From: Acidimicrobiales bacterium
GTDB lineage: Bacteria; Actinomycetota; Acidimicrobiia; Acidimicrobiales; Bog-793
NCBI GenBank assembly: GCA_035533675.1
Contig: DATLTI010000228.1
Location: 1-43,775 of the forward strand
Direction of reading: 5' to 3'
Length of the DNA: 43,775 nucleotides
How positions within the stretch are numbered: the first letter of the stretch is position 1; the number at the start of each line of letters is the position of its first letter. The translations under genes and the position numbers were made by a program. Under the pieces are notes generated by a model, which was not told the origin of the DNA, did no database searches, and saw nothing but the letters and a program-made list of their open reading frames with translations. Positions 28,540-36,901 of the stretch are shown here, piece after piece.

Positions 28540-29469
28540 TTATTCGGCGGTCGGCGTCGTTGGCTGTCGGTGGCGAGCCGCCACCACGGCAATTCCCGTG
28601 AGACCGACCAACACCCCGATCACCTGAAGCACCGAAAGGGACTGACCAAGGATCGGAATCGCAACCACTGCCGCAACCAGCGGAGCGAGGCAACTAACAG
28701 CTGACGATACTGAGGCGTCGACGAAGCGATGCGCCCAGTTCATGAGAAGGTGCCCCGATCCGGGCACCAGCGCGAGGAGCGCAATCCAGATCCAATCGAC
28801 GGGGTGCACACGACCAAGCGTCTGATGGAAGGCGAGCACGATGACCCCTGTAGCTACCGCCGCCATGATGGTGACCCCCGCCGTGTACTCCATTGCGTCG
28901 GTCCGTCCGCGGGCGCGCTTGGAGACGAGCCAGTACGCGGAGAAACTGACGAGCGCGCCGATCGCGAGCAAATCCCCGAGCGCTCGATGATGGCCCGTGG
29001 CACCGGGCCCGAGAACGGCGATCGAGACGCCCGACATGGCAACGATCACCCAGAGCACGTCCCAGCGCCCGACGCGCTCGCCGAACATTCGTGGTGCGAC
29101 GAACAACACGAGCGCCGGTTGAAAGGCACCGATGACCGTCACGTCGACAATGCTCGTAAGGCGCACCGCACTGTAGAACATGATCATGTCGCCGGCGAGA
29201 AAGATGCCACCGAGCCACGTGACCTTGAAGGTCGACCAGCGAAGTCGTTGACCGATCGCGTAGGTGAGGATCACGAACAACACCGCCCCGAGCCAAAGAC
29301 GATAGAACGCGACGACCATCCCCGACGCGAAGGTAAGCGCCGCGAAAATGCCACCGAAACCCCACAGAGACGCGGCAAGAGCCGCGGCGCCGAGGCCTAA
29401 GGTCGAGTGGCGAGTGACGTCGCTAATGGGTATCCACGTGAGTTTGGTTGAGGACATCGAGCGCGACAC
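28540..29469 (-). CDS. EamA/DMT-superfamily transporter
   Basis: 309 aa with 10 predicted helices in two EamA-like halves; starts 6 nt after the mmsA stop. Confidence 0.85.
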   Translation of the reverse strand: MSRSMSSTKLTWIPISDVTRHSTLGLGAAALAASLWGFGGIFAALTFASGMVVAFYRLWLGAVLFVILTYAIGQRLRWSTFKVTWLGGIFLAGDMIMFYSAVRLTSIVDVTVIGAFQPALVLFVAPRMFGERVGRWDVLWVIVAMSGVSIAVLGPGATGHHRALGDLLAIGALVSFSAYWLVSKRARGRTDAMEYTAGVTIMAAVATGVIVLAFHQTLGRVHPVDWIWIALLALVPGSGHLLMNWAHRFVDASVSSAVSCLAPLVAAVVAIPILGQSLSVLQVIGVLVGLTGIAVVAARHRQPTTPTAE

Positions 29470-29474
29470 CGAGT

Positions 29475-30773
29475 TTAACGCTCTTGCGCCTTTGCTCGAT
29501 CAGTCGCCGTTGACGACGGGAAGTTTAAGGACGCGTGGTGCTGAGCGATGTTGTGCCAGCGACTCGTCACCGTCTTACCCTTCGTGTAGAACCTGACTCC
29601 GTCGGGGCCGTACACGTGCAGGTCGCCGAAGAGTGAGTTGCTCCAACCGCCAAAGGAGTAATAGGCGACCGGAACTGGAATGGCGACGTTGACGCCGACC
29701 ATGCCCGCTTTGACGTCGGTCTCGAAGCGCTGGGCGGCTGCTCCGTCACCGGTAAAGATCGCGGCACCGTTGCCGTAGCCATTTCGTTCAATGAGTCCGA
29801 TTGCGTCGTCCAATTTGTCGACGCGCACGAGTGAGAGTACGGGACCGAAAATCTCGTCGGTGTAGACCTTCATATCCTCGGTCACGTTGTCAATGAGACA
29901 CGGTCCGAGCCAGTAGCCGCCGGGGTCGCCGCTGATGTCGTGGTCGCGGCCGTCAATGGTGATCTTCGCGCCCTCAGACTCACCAATACCAAGATACGAG
30001 GCAACCTTGTCGCGGTGCTCGGAGGTGACCAGCGGACCCATCTCGGACGTCGGGTCCGTGCCGGGTCCGAGCCTCAAGCCGTTCACGCGCTCGCGAATGC
30101 GTTCCACCAGTTCGTCGCCGCAACCGCCCACGGCGACCAAGACCGACGCGGCCATGCAGCGCTCGCCCGCGGAGCCGAAACCGGCACTCACGGCGGCGGC
30201 GGCGGCCTCGGCAAGATCAGCGTCCGGAAGCACGACCATGTGGTTCTTCGCACCGCCGAGGGCCTGCACGCGTTTGCCTTCGCGCGCGGCGGTCTCGTAG
30301 ACGTGGCGCGCAATAGCTGTCGAGCCGACGAAGCTCACGGCCGCAATGTCCGGGTGGGTCAGAATTGTGTCCACCGCGACGCGGTCACCATGGACGACGT
30401 TGAATACACCGTTGGGCACGCCCGCTTTTGCGACCAATTCCGCGAGCAGCATCGAGGCCGAAGGGTCCTTCTCGGAGGGCTTCAAGACAAATGTATTGCC
30501 GGTCGCGATGGCGAGCGGGAACATCCACATCGGCACCATGACCGGGAAGTTGAATGGCGTGATGCCCGCCACGACCCCGAGGGGCTGGCGAATCGAGTGC
30601 ACGTTGACCCCGGTCGATGCGCTTTCGGTGAACTCGCCCTTCATGAGTTGGGCAATACCACAGGCGTATTCCACGACCTCGAGACCGCGCGCGACTTCCC
30701 CCGCCGCATCGCTCTTGACTTTGCCGTGTTCGCTAACAATGAGGTCGGCCAACTCGCTCGAGTGGTTGGCTAT
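29475..30773 (-). pseudogene. mmsA: CoA-acylating methylmalonate-semialdehyde dehydrogenase, 5'-truncated by IS insertion
   Basis: From ...ANHSSELADLIVSEHGKV onward the sequence is collinear with MmsA/IolA proteins (RQPLGVVAGITPFNFPVMVPMWMFPLAIATGNTFVLKPSEKDP, GSAGERCMA, FYTKGKTVTSRW). About 75 N-terminal residues are missing. The upstream part of track ORF 29475-31136 is antisense IS sequence. Confidence 0.85.
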
Positions 30774-30798
30774 TAAAGACCTTTCGGTAATACACTGA
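30774..30798. repeat. IS630 left terminal inverted repeat
   Basis: See the mobile element entry. Confidence 0.9.
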
Positions 30799-30828
30799 TA
30801 TTGGTGGTAGACATGGGAAACTGTTCTC

Positions 30829-31907
30829 ATGACACCATCCACTCGTTCCAAGACGTCCGTGCCGACAACGACGAGCCGACGCGTGCGCCCGCGCCGGGAC
30901 TTCGAGGCGTTGACGCAACGACGACTCCGCGCAGGCAAGATGTTCGAGAAGGGTTCATCCCAAGCCGACGTCGCTCGTGAGTTGGGCGTGTCGCGAGAGA
31001 CCGCTTCGCAGTGGCAGGCCACGTGGCGCGAGCACGGCATCGACGGACTGCGCGGCGCACAGCGCGCCGGGCGCCTGCCTCGACTCAGCGATGAGCAGCT
31101 CGTTAAGGTCGAGTTGGCCCTCTCGAAGGGACCCACGCGTAACGGCTTTGCGACCGAGCTGTGGACGCTCGCTCGAGTCGCGACGGTGATCGAGAAGGTG
31201 ACCGGCGTCAGCTATTCGACGACCCAGACGTGGTCGATCCTGCGGACACGTCTCGGCTGGAGCCGTCAGCGTCCCGCGCGAAGGGCCCTTGAGGCTGACC
31301 AGGACGCCATCGCGGCCTGGGCCCGAGACCGGTGGCCCGTGGTAAAAAAAACGCCAGACGGCGCCGGGCGTGGATCGTCTTCGAAGACGAGTCGGGCTTC
31401 TCGCTCCTCCCCTCGGTGAGGGCCACCTGGGCGCCGCGGGGCCACACCCCCGTGCTCACCCACCATTTCAACTGGAAGCGACTCTCGATGGCGAGTGCTC
31501 TCGCCTTCGCCCCCGATGGGTCCGATGCATCCCTCGTCTTTTCTATGCGACCGGGCTCCTTCAACGACGAGGCGCTGATCGAGTTCCTCGGTGAGCTGCA
31601 CGATCTGATGAAGAGTCAGAAGGTGACGTTGATCTGGGACGGACTGACCTCTCATCGCAGCAAGAAGATGAAGGCGTATCTGAAGACCCAACGCCACTGG
31701 CTCGTCACCGAGCGACTCCCGCCCTACGGGCACGACCTCAATCCGGTCGAACAAGTCTGGGGCAATCTGAAGAACCGCGAGCTGGCCAATCTCTGTCCTG
31801 ACTCCGTGGAAGAGGCGGCGGTGTTCGCCGACGACGGGCTCCTGCGAATCGGCGAGGATACCCGCTTGTGCTTCTCATTCCTAAAGCACTGCGGTCTTTC
31901 GTTATGA
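30829..31907 (+). CDS. IS630-family transposase in two frames (orfA 30829-31419; orfB frame to 31907), joined by a -1 shift at an A-run
   Basis: orfA carries the HTH/winged-helix domains. orfB carries the DDE triad context (VFEDESGF, LIWDGLTSH, DLNPVEQVW). The frames overlap at GGTAAAAAAAACG (A-run 31344-31351). The fused reading ...RDRWPVVKK/NARRRRAWIVFEDESGF matches intact IS630 transposases. Confidence 0.8.
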
Positions 31908-31915
31908 CCAGAGTG

Positions 31916-31940
31916 TCAGTGTATTACCGAAAGGTCTTTA
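31916..31940. repeat. IS630 right terminal inverted repeat
   Basis: See the mobile element entry. Confidence 0.9.
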
Positions 31941-32018
31941 GTCGCGCTCGGAACGCCAACCGCCTCGGCGCAGCGACGGTTTCTAGGTGCGCACTGCGAT
32001 TTTCCCGGATTTCTTGGC

Positions 32019-32110
32019 GGGCGAGGGGGGACTTGAGAATCCGCTGAGGTCCTTTCGGACCCTCGTCCACTTTCCGACTAACCCCCACCCTGTTAGCGGG
32101 GTCATTGGTC
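32019..32110 (-). repeat. tRNA-Leu 3'-half-like repeat, copy A (diverged)
   Basis: The plus strand GGGCGAGGGGGGACTTGA is identical to the complement of the tRNA-Leu 3' end. It is followed by a GAGGTCC-TTTC-GGACC hairpin and a second CCCC...GGGG hairpin, collinear with copies B and C. Confidence 0.7.
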
Positions 32111-32197
32111 ATGGCGCGAGATGAAAGCGGAATGCGACGTGCGAGGATCGTGGGCGTAGCCGGGTTCGCGCGAGGGGTGGTATGCGATACTTCCTGA

Positions 32198-35100
32198 ATG
32201 TCCGCGCTCGAGCCAGGTCCCGCGTCGTTGGTGGGATCACTGCCCGAGGGTACGGTGACCGTGCTCTTTACGGACCTGGTCGCGTCGACACAACTTAACC
32301 AGAGCCTGGGCGACGACGTCGCCAACGTTGTTCGCCAGGAGGTTGAACAACTCGCGATGACCTCCATCGAGCGTCACGGGGGTGTCGTGGTCAAGGGCCT
32401 CGGCGACGGACTGATGGTCGCGTTCCAGTCCGCCCGCCGGGCGGTGGCGTGTGCGCGGGAGATTCAGTCCAGTCTGCGCGAGCGCAACCGTGAGCGGCCG
32501 TCCCGCCAAGCCGTGATGCGCATCGGCCTTCACACCGGAGAGGTCATTGAGGACGACGGCGACCTGCACGGTGAGACCGTGATCATCGCCAAGCGCATCG
32601 AGGGTCTGGCGCCACCGGGCGGCATCTTCGCCTCAGAGACGGTTCATGGAGTCTTGGGAACGGCGCGCGCCGAGCTGATCGATCGCGGCGAGTTCGAGTT
32701 GAAGGGCATCGAGGAGCCCTGGCGGCTCTTCGAGGTGCCGCTTGTCGAGGCCCCGGACCTTCGGGTGCTGAGGGACTCCGAACGCTCGCCTTACGTCGGA
32801 CGCGTCCGCGAGCAGGAGATCTTCGCCGACTTGGTGGCCCGGACTCGGGAGGGTCGCGGCGCCATGGTGCTTGTCTCGGGCGAGGCCGGCGTCGGCAAGA
32901 GCCGCTTCGTGAGCGAGGGCGCGTCGCTTGCCCGGGAGTACCAGATGTCGGTGCTCGAGGGTCACTGCATCGAGATGGACACGCCGCCGCCCTACCAGCC
33001 GCTCGTCGAGCAGCTCGACCAGGTCGCCCGGGGCCTCTCTTCGGAGGACTTCCGTGAGGTGCTGGGAGAGAACGCGGCTGAGGTGGCCCGACTCATGCCT
33101 GAGATCCTGCGCCTTTACGACGACGTCGGCGAGTCGCCCACGTTGCCGCCTGATCAAGAGCGGCGCTACCTCCTGCACGCCTTCTGTCGATTCGTCGAAC
33201 GCAACGCCCGGCGCCAGCCCCTGGTGTTGTGCTTCGAAGACCTGCACTGGGCGGATGAGTCGAGCCTGCAGCTCATCACTGAGCTCGCCCAGATCGCGAG
33301 CGAGTTGCCGCTCCTGCTCGTCGGAACGTACCGACCGGGCGACGTCGGGACCGGCCATCCCTTGTTGAGGGTCCGCGAGGACCTGGCGCGTCGGCGCCTG
33401 GCCACCGAGGTCCGCCTGGACGCGTTGAGCGCCAGCGACGTGGCTCACCTGCTGGAGGGCCGAGCGGGACAGCCCCCGCCGACCGAGCTGGTCACCCTCG
33501 TCTACGACGAAACCGAGGGCAATCCCTTCTTCGTCGAGGAGATCTTCCTGCACCTCAAGGAGAGGGGCGTCCTCTTCGACGACGCGGGTGGCTGGCGCGA
33601 GGGGGTGGCGATCGCCGACACCGAGGTGCCGGCCACCGTACGCCTGGTCATCGAGCGCCGGCTCGAGAGGGTCGGCGCCGACGCCCACCGGGCCCTTACC
33701 GCCGCGGCGGTTATCGGACGCCAGGCGAGCCTCGACCTGCTCCTGCTCGTGGCCAGCCTGGATGAGGACCCGCTCCTCGACGCTCTTGAAGAGGCCGAGC
33801 ACGCCAGCCTCGTCACTTGCCACACCCAGGGCCGCTCGATTGTCTACAACTTTGTCCATGAGCAGATTCGTCAGACCCTGCTGGCCAACCAGTCGGGTCC
33901 GCGCCGTCAGCGACTCCACGCCCGTGTCGCCGACGCGCTCGAAGAGGTCTGGGGAGCCGACGCGGGCGAGCACGCCGCCGACATCGCCCATCATCTGCTG
34001 CTTGCGGGTGCTGTGATCGCCCTCGAGAGAACCCTCGATTACCTGGAGATCGCCGCGCGTAACGCTCTGTCGGCGGTCGCGCCCGAAGAAGCTATTCGCC
34101 ACGTCGACGCGGCGCTCGACCTCCTGGCGGGCGGCGACCCCGGACATCGGGCCACCCTGTTGGCGCTGCGGGCGCGCGCCCACCGGGCTATTCCTCGTAT
34201 CGACGAGGCGCTGGCGGACCTCACCGCCGCACTGGCCCTGGCCAGCGCCGGCAAGTCCCACGACGAGATCCTTCGCCAGCGAGCCGACTTGTACTTGGAT
34301 CTCTTCAACGGACCCGCGGCCTCGGCCGACCTTTCGACCGTGCTGGAGCACGTGCGCGCCAGGGGCGACCAGGTCACTGAGCTCCAAACGCTTCTAGCCC
34401 TGGGACGCGCGAACTACGTGCGTGCCCTTGATGAACGCGAGTATGCCCTGGTGTCACGCCAGACCTACGAGGCCGCTCACACGCTCGCCGTGGAGCTGGG
34501 TGACCCTCGAGCTCAGGTCGAAGCACTCCTTCCGACTCGATGGTTCCGCGACTACTGGACGGACTACCGGGACACGGCGACCGCCAACATCAGAGAGGTG
34601 GTGCGCCTCGCCGACCAGGTCGACGACGAGCGGCTCGCCATTGAGATCGAGCTCGCCGCCGTAGAACTCGCAGATAGAGAAGACGTGACGGTTGCGTTCG
34701 AGCGTCTCGGCGAGCGGATCGCGGCGCTGCGAGATCCCGTGCGCCTCAAGGAGCACTATTTCTTGATGATGTGGCACTACTACCACCGCGGTCGATTCGA
34801 CGACTGTGTGGCAGTCTGCGACCTCGGGATCGACCTGGCCCGTCAACTGGGGTCCGCGCCGGTCCAGTACGGATCGATCAAGGCGCTGGCCTTGATCGAC
34901 GCGGGTCGCTACGACCTCGTCGAGGCCGCGTTGGACGAGGAGGTGACCGACGACGAACACCCCTTCGGCCAGGCCAGCCAGGCCTTCGCGCGGACCCACT
35001 TCCTGGCCGGACTCGAGGCGTGGGGTCCCGCGACGACCCAGGCGCTGGACGCCATGCGCCGCGCCGCGGAAGTGTCGCGGGTCTGGATGCAGCGCGGCAT

Positions 35101-35608
35101 CTTGAACGACGCGCTCGTCGTGGGCGCGCACGCCGGCGCCGCCGTGGCCGAGGAGTTGGCCGAGATCGAGAGCATCGCCGCCTTGTCGGGGGTCGTTCCT
35201 AGCGCCTGGACGTTGGCCGAGATCGATCTGGCGGCGGGCCGGGCGGACGAGGCACGGGACCGGCTCGTCGGGTATGTCGGGGCGCTCGAAACCGACGACG
35301 ACCCCCTCGAACTCGCCCACGCCTTCGAGTGCCTCGCTCGGACATTCGTCGATCTCGCCGACTGGGCCAGCGTGCTCGCCGTGGCCGATCGGGGACTGGC
35401 GCTCGTCGAGGTGACGGGCCAACGACCGGTGCAGTGGCGCCTGCGCCGATGTCGCGCTGAGGCCCTCGAACACGTGGGGCGGGTCGACGACGCGCGAGTC
35501 GAACGGGACCGAGCGGCTGACGAGTTTGCGGCCCTGTCGCGGCTCATCGGCGATGACTCGCTGCGGGCGTGGTTTCTTTCTCAGCCGTGGGCTGTCGCTT
35601 CTGGGTAG
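32198..35608 (+). CDS. Class III adenylate/guanylate cyclase domain fused to a STAND/AAA_16 ATPase and TPR-like C-terminal region (1136 aa)
   Basis: Cyclase motifs VTVLFTDLVAST and VVKGLGDGLMVAF, P-loop SGEAGVGKSRF, Walker B LVLCFEDLHWADESS, and a long helical-repeat tail. No LuxR HTH is visible at the C-terminus. Confidence 0.85.
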   Translation: MSALEPGPASLVGSLPEGTVTVLFTDLVASTQLNQSLGDDVANVVRQEVEQLAMTSIERHGGVVVKGLGDGLMVAFQSARRAVACAREIQSSLRERNRERPSRQAVMRIGLHTGEVIEDDGDLHGETVIIAKRIEGLAPPGGIFASETVHGVLGTARAELIDRGEFELKGIEEPWRLFEVPLVEAPDLRVLRDSERSPYVGRVREQEIFADLVARTREGRGAMVLVSGEAGVGKSRFVSEGASLAREYQMSVLEGHCIEMDTPPPYQPLVEQLDQVARGLSSEDFREVLGENAAEVARLMPEILRLYDDVGESPTLPPDQERRYLLHAFCRFVERNARRQPLVLCFEDLHWADESSLQLITELAQIASELPLLLVGTYRPGDVGTGHPLLRVREDLARRRLATEVRLDALSASDVAHLLEGRAGQPPPTELVTLVYDETEGNPFFVEEIFLHLKERGVLFDDAGGWREGVAIADTEVPATVRLVIERRLERVGADAHRALTAAAVIGRQASLDLLLLVASLDEDPLLDALEEAEHASLVTCHTQGRSIVYNFVHEQIRQTLLANQSGPRRQRLHARVADALEEVWGADAGEHAADIAHHLLLAGAVIALERTLDYLEIAARNALSAVAPEEAIRHVDAALDLLAGGDPGHRATLLALRARAHRAIPRIDEALADLTAALALASAGKSHDEILRQRADLYLDLFNGPAASADLSTVLEHVRARGDQVTELQTLLALGRANYVRALDEREYALVSRQTYEAAHTLAVELGDPRAQVEALLPTRWFRDYWTDYRDTATANIREVVRLADQVDDERLAIEIELAAVELADREDVTVAFERLGERIAALRDPVRLKEHYFLMMWHYYHRGRFDDCVAVCDLGIDLARQLGSAPVQYGSIKALALIDAGRYDLVEAALDEEVTDDEHPFGQASQAFARTHFLAGLEAWGPATTQALDAMRRAAEVSRVWMQRGILNDALVVGAHAGAAVAEELAEIESIAALSGVVPSAWTLAEIDLAAGRADEARDRLVGYVGALETDDDPLELAHAFECLARTFVDLADWASVLAVADRGLALVEVTGQRPVQWRLRRCRAEALEHVGRVDDARVERDRAADEFAALSRLIGDDSLRAWFLSQPWAVASG

Positions 35609-35640
35609 TCTGGGGCGACCAGAGCGAGCCGGGGGGCGTG

Positions 35641-36840
35641 ATGATGGACTCCGTGGTTCTGTGCGAGGGTGATCCCTCTCAGGTCGCGATGAACACCGTG
35701 CGGGTCCAACGTGCTCGCGAGCTCCTCCATTCGCACGTCGAGGGCGGGAATACGCCGACGCTCGTGGCCGTGGTGGCCCGCCACGGCGTGATCGTGCTCG
35801 CCGAGGCCATCGGTCAGCGAGGTCCGGGACTGGGGCCAGTAGAGCTCGATGACCCGTTCAACGTGTTCTCGGTGACCAAGCCCTTCACCGCGACCATGGT
35901 GATGATGCTCGCCGAGGACGGACTGCTCAGCATCAATCGGCCGGTCGTGGACTACCTGCCCGAGATGACGAGGGAGGGTAACGACCGGATCCTGCTCTCG
36001 CACCTGCTCACGCACACGTCGGGCTTCGACGGCGAGACCATCTACCCCGTCATTGTTGAGCGGTTCAAGAGGGGCGAAGTGTCCGTACCTCCTGCGGGTA
36101 TCGACTTCTACTCGCACGCGATGCTCGACGCCGCGTGGGATGCGCAGCGTTCTTATGACGTCGGGAGCCGGATGGTTTACAGCGGCCACAACTACAGCCT
36201 GCTGGGCGAGGTCGTGCGCCGCGTCAGCGGCGAGACCCTCGATGCCTTCTCGCGTCGACGCATCTTCGAGCCCCTCGGCATGGCCAGCACGAGCTTCTGC
36301 CTCAGTACGGACCAGGCCGCCCGCCGGGTTCGCCGCGCGCCGGACCTTCCGGGCGGCCAGCCCTACGACGAGGATGGGTGGCCCCACTCCGAGGCTCCCG
36401 AGTGGGAGTGCCTGCAAGGCGGAAGCAACGGGCTCAAGACGAGCACCCGCGACCTGGCGGTCTTCGCTCAGATGTTCCTTAACGGGGGTCGTTACGGTGA
36501 CGCGCGCGTCCTCAGCCGCGCGGCGGTGGCCGCGATGACGCGCAACCAGACGTCCGGCGTCCCCGTGGACATCTTTGGCCAGCGTCACCTCGAATCGGGC
36601 TGGGGCTACGGCTGGAGCGTCAACGTCGGCGAGAAATGGGCCTACCATGGACTTGACCTCGCGCCCCATGGCACGTTCGGCCACGGTGGGTGGGGTGGCA
36701 GTTACTTCGGCGTCGACCCGACGCACGGGCTCGTCTTCGCGACGAACGAACTCGCCACCGGCGTGAACGACTATGGCGAGGCCGCTTCGGTGGTCTTGGA
36801 CCGTTTCATGAACGTGATGTACTCGAGCCTCGAGGACTGA
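35641..36840 (+). CDS. Beta-lactamase-fold serine hydrolase (class C / EstB / D-aminopeptidase-like), paralog 1
   Basis: S-x-x-K motif SVTK, Y-x-N-like YSGHNYS, and HGG in place of KTG (GHGGWGGS). ATG at 35641 aligns with the paralog 2 N-terminus. It starts 33 nt after the cyclase stop. Confidence 0.85.
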   Translation: MMDSVVLCEGDPSQVAMNTVRVQRARELLHSHVEGGNTPTLVAVVARHGVIVLAEAIGQRGPGLGPVELDDPFNVFSVTKPFTATMVMMLAEDGLLSINRPVVDYLPEMTREGNDRILLSHLLTHTSGFDGETIYPVIVERFKRGEVSVPPAGIDFYSHAMLDAAWDAQRSYDVGSRMVYSGHNYSLLGEVVRRVSGETLDAFSRRRIFEPLGMASTSFCLSTDQAARRVRRAPDLPGGQPYDEDGWPHSEAPEWECLQGGSNGLKTSTRDLAVFAQMFLNGGRYGDARVLSRAAVAAMTRNQTSGVPVDIFGQRHLESGWGYGWSVNVGEKWAYHGLDLAPHGTFGHGGWGGSYFGVDPTHGLVFATNELATGVNDYGEAASVVLDRFMNVMYSSLED

Positions 36841-36901
36841 TGCCGACCGGACCTACGACCTCATCAGACATTCGAGCCGAGACGGACCGGAGGGGTGAAT
36901 C

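Larger units (their letters stand above)
30774..31940 (+). mobile_element. IS630-family insertion sequence (about 1.17 kb) with 25-bp perfect terminal inverted repeats and TA at both ends
   Basis: The left end TAAAGACCTTTCGGTAATACACTGA (30774-30798) is the exact reverse complement of the right end 31916-31940. TA target duplication is typical of IS630/Tc1-mariner elements. The element encloses an HTH plus DDE transposase. Confidence 0.9.

Noticed and set aside
29475-31136. A 553-aa ORF suggesting a full-length or extended aldehyde dehydrogenase
   Set aside because: Only the part up to 30773 is MmsA-like. The N-terminal about 120 residues are an antisense read-through of the IS630 element (the terminal repeat itself encodes YQCITERSL), so the long ORF is an artefact.
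31924-32367. A 147-aa minus-strand ORF spanning repeat copy A and the cyclase gene start
   Set aside because: It has no family resemblance. It overlaps the cyclase N-terminus in antisense, and the tRNA-like repeat explains part of its apparent conservation (the KSPLA string recurs wherever the repeat is translated).
32633-34387. A 584-aa minus-strand ORF, plus further long antisense ORFs at 34454-35473, 34909-35547 and 35581-36726
   Set aside because: These are shadow ORFs typical of very high-GC coding DNA. Their composition is Arg/Gly/Ala/Pro-rich with no motifs, and they lie opposite genes with clear family signatures.
32198-35608. Calling the cyclase-STAND protein a Pycsar/CBASS- or Avs-type defence gene outright
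   Set aside because: This architecture is abundant as regulatory proteins in Actinomycetota. No recognised effector (TIR, TM, nuclease, phospholipase) is adjacent. It is kept only as a hypothesis to test in the findings.
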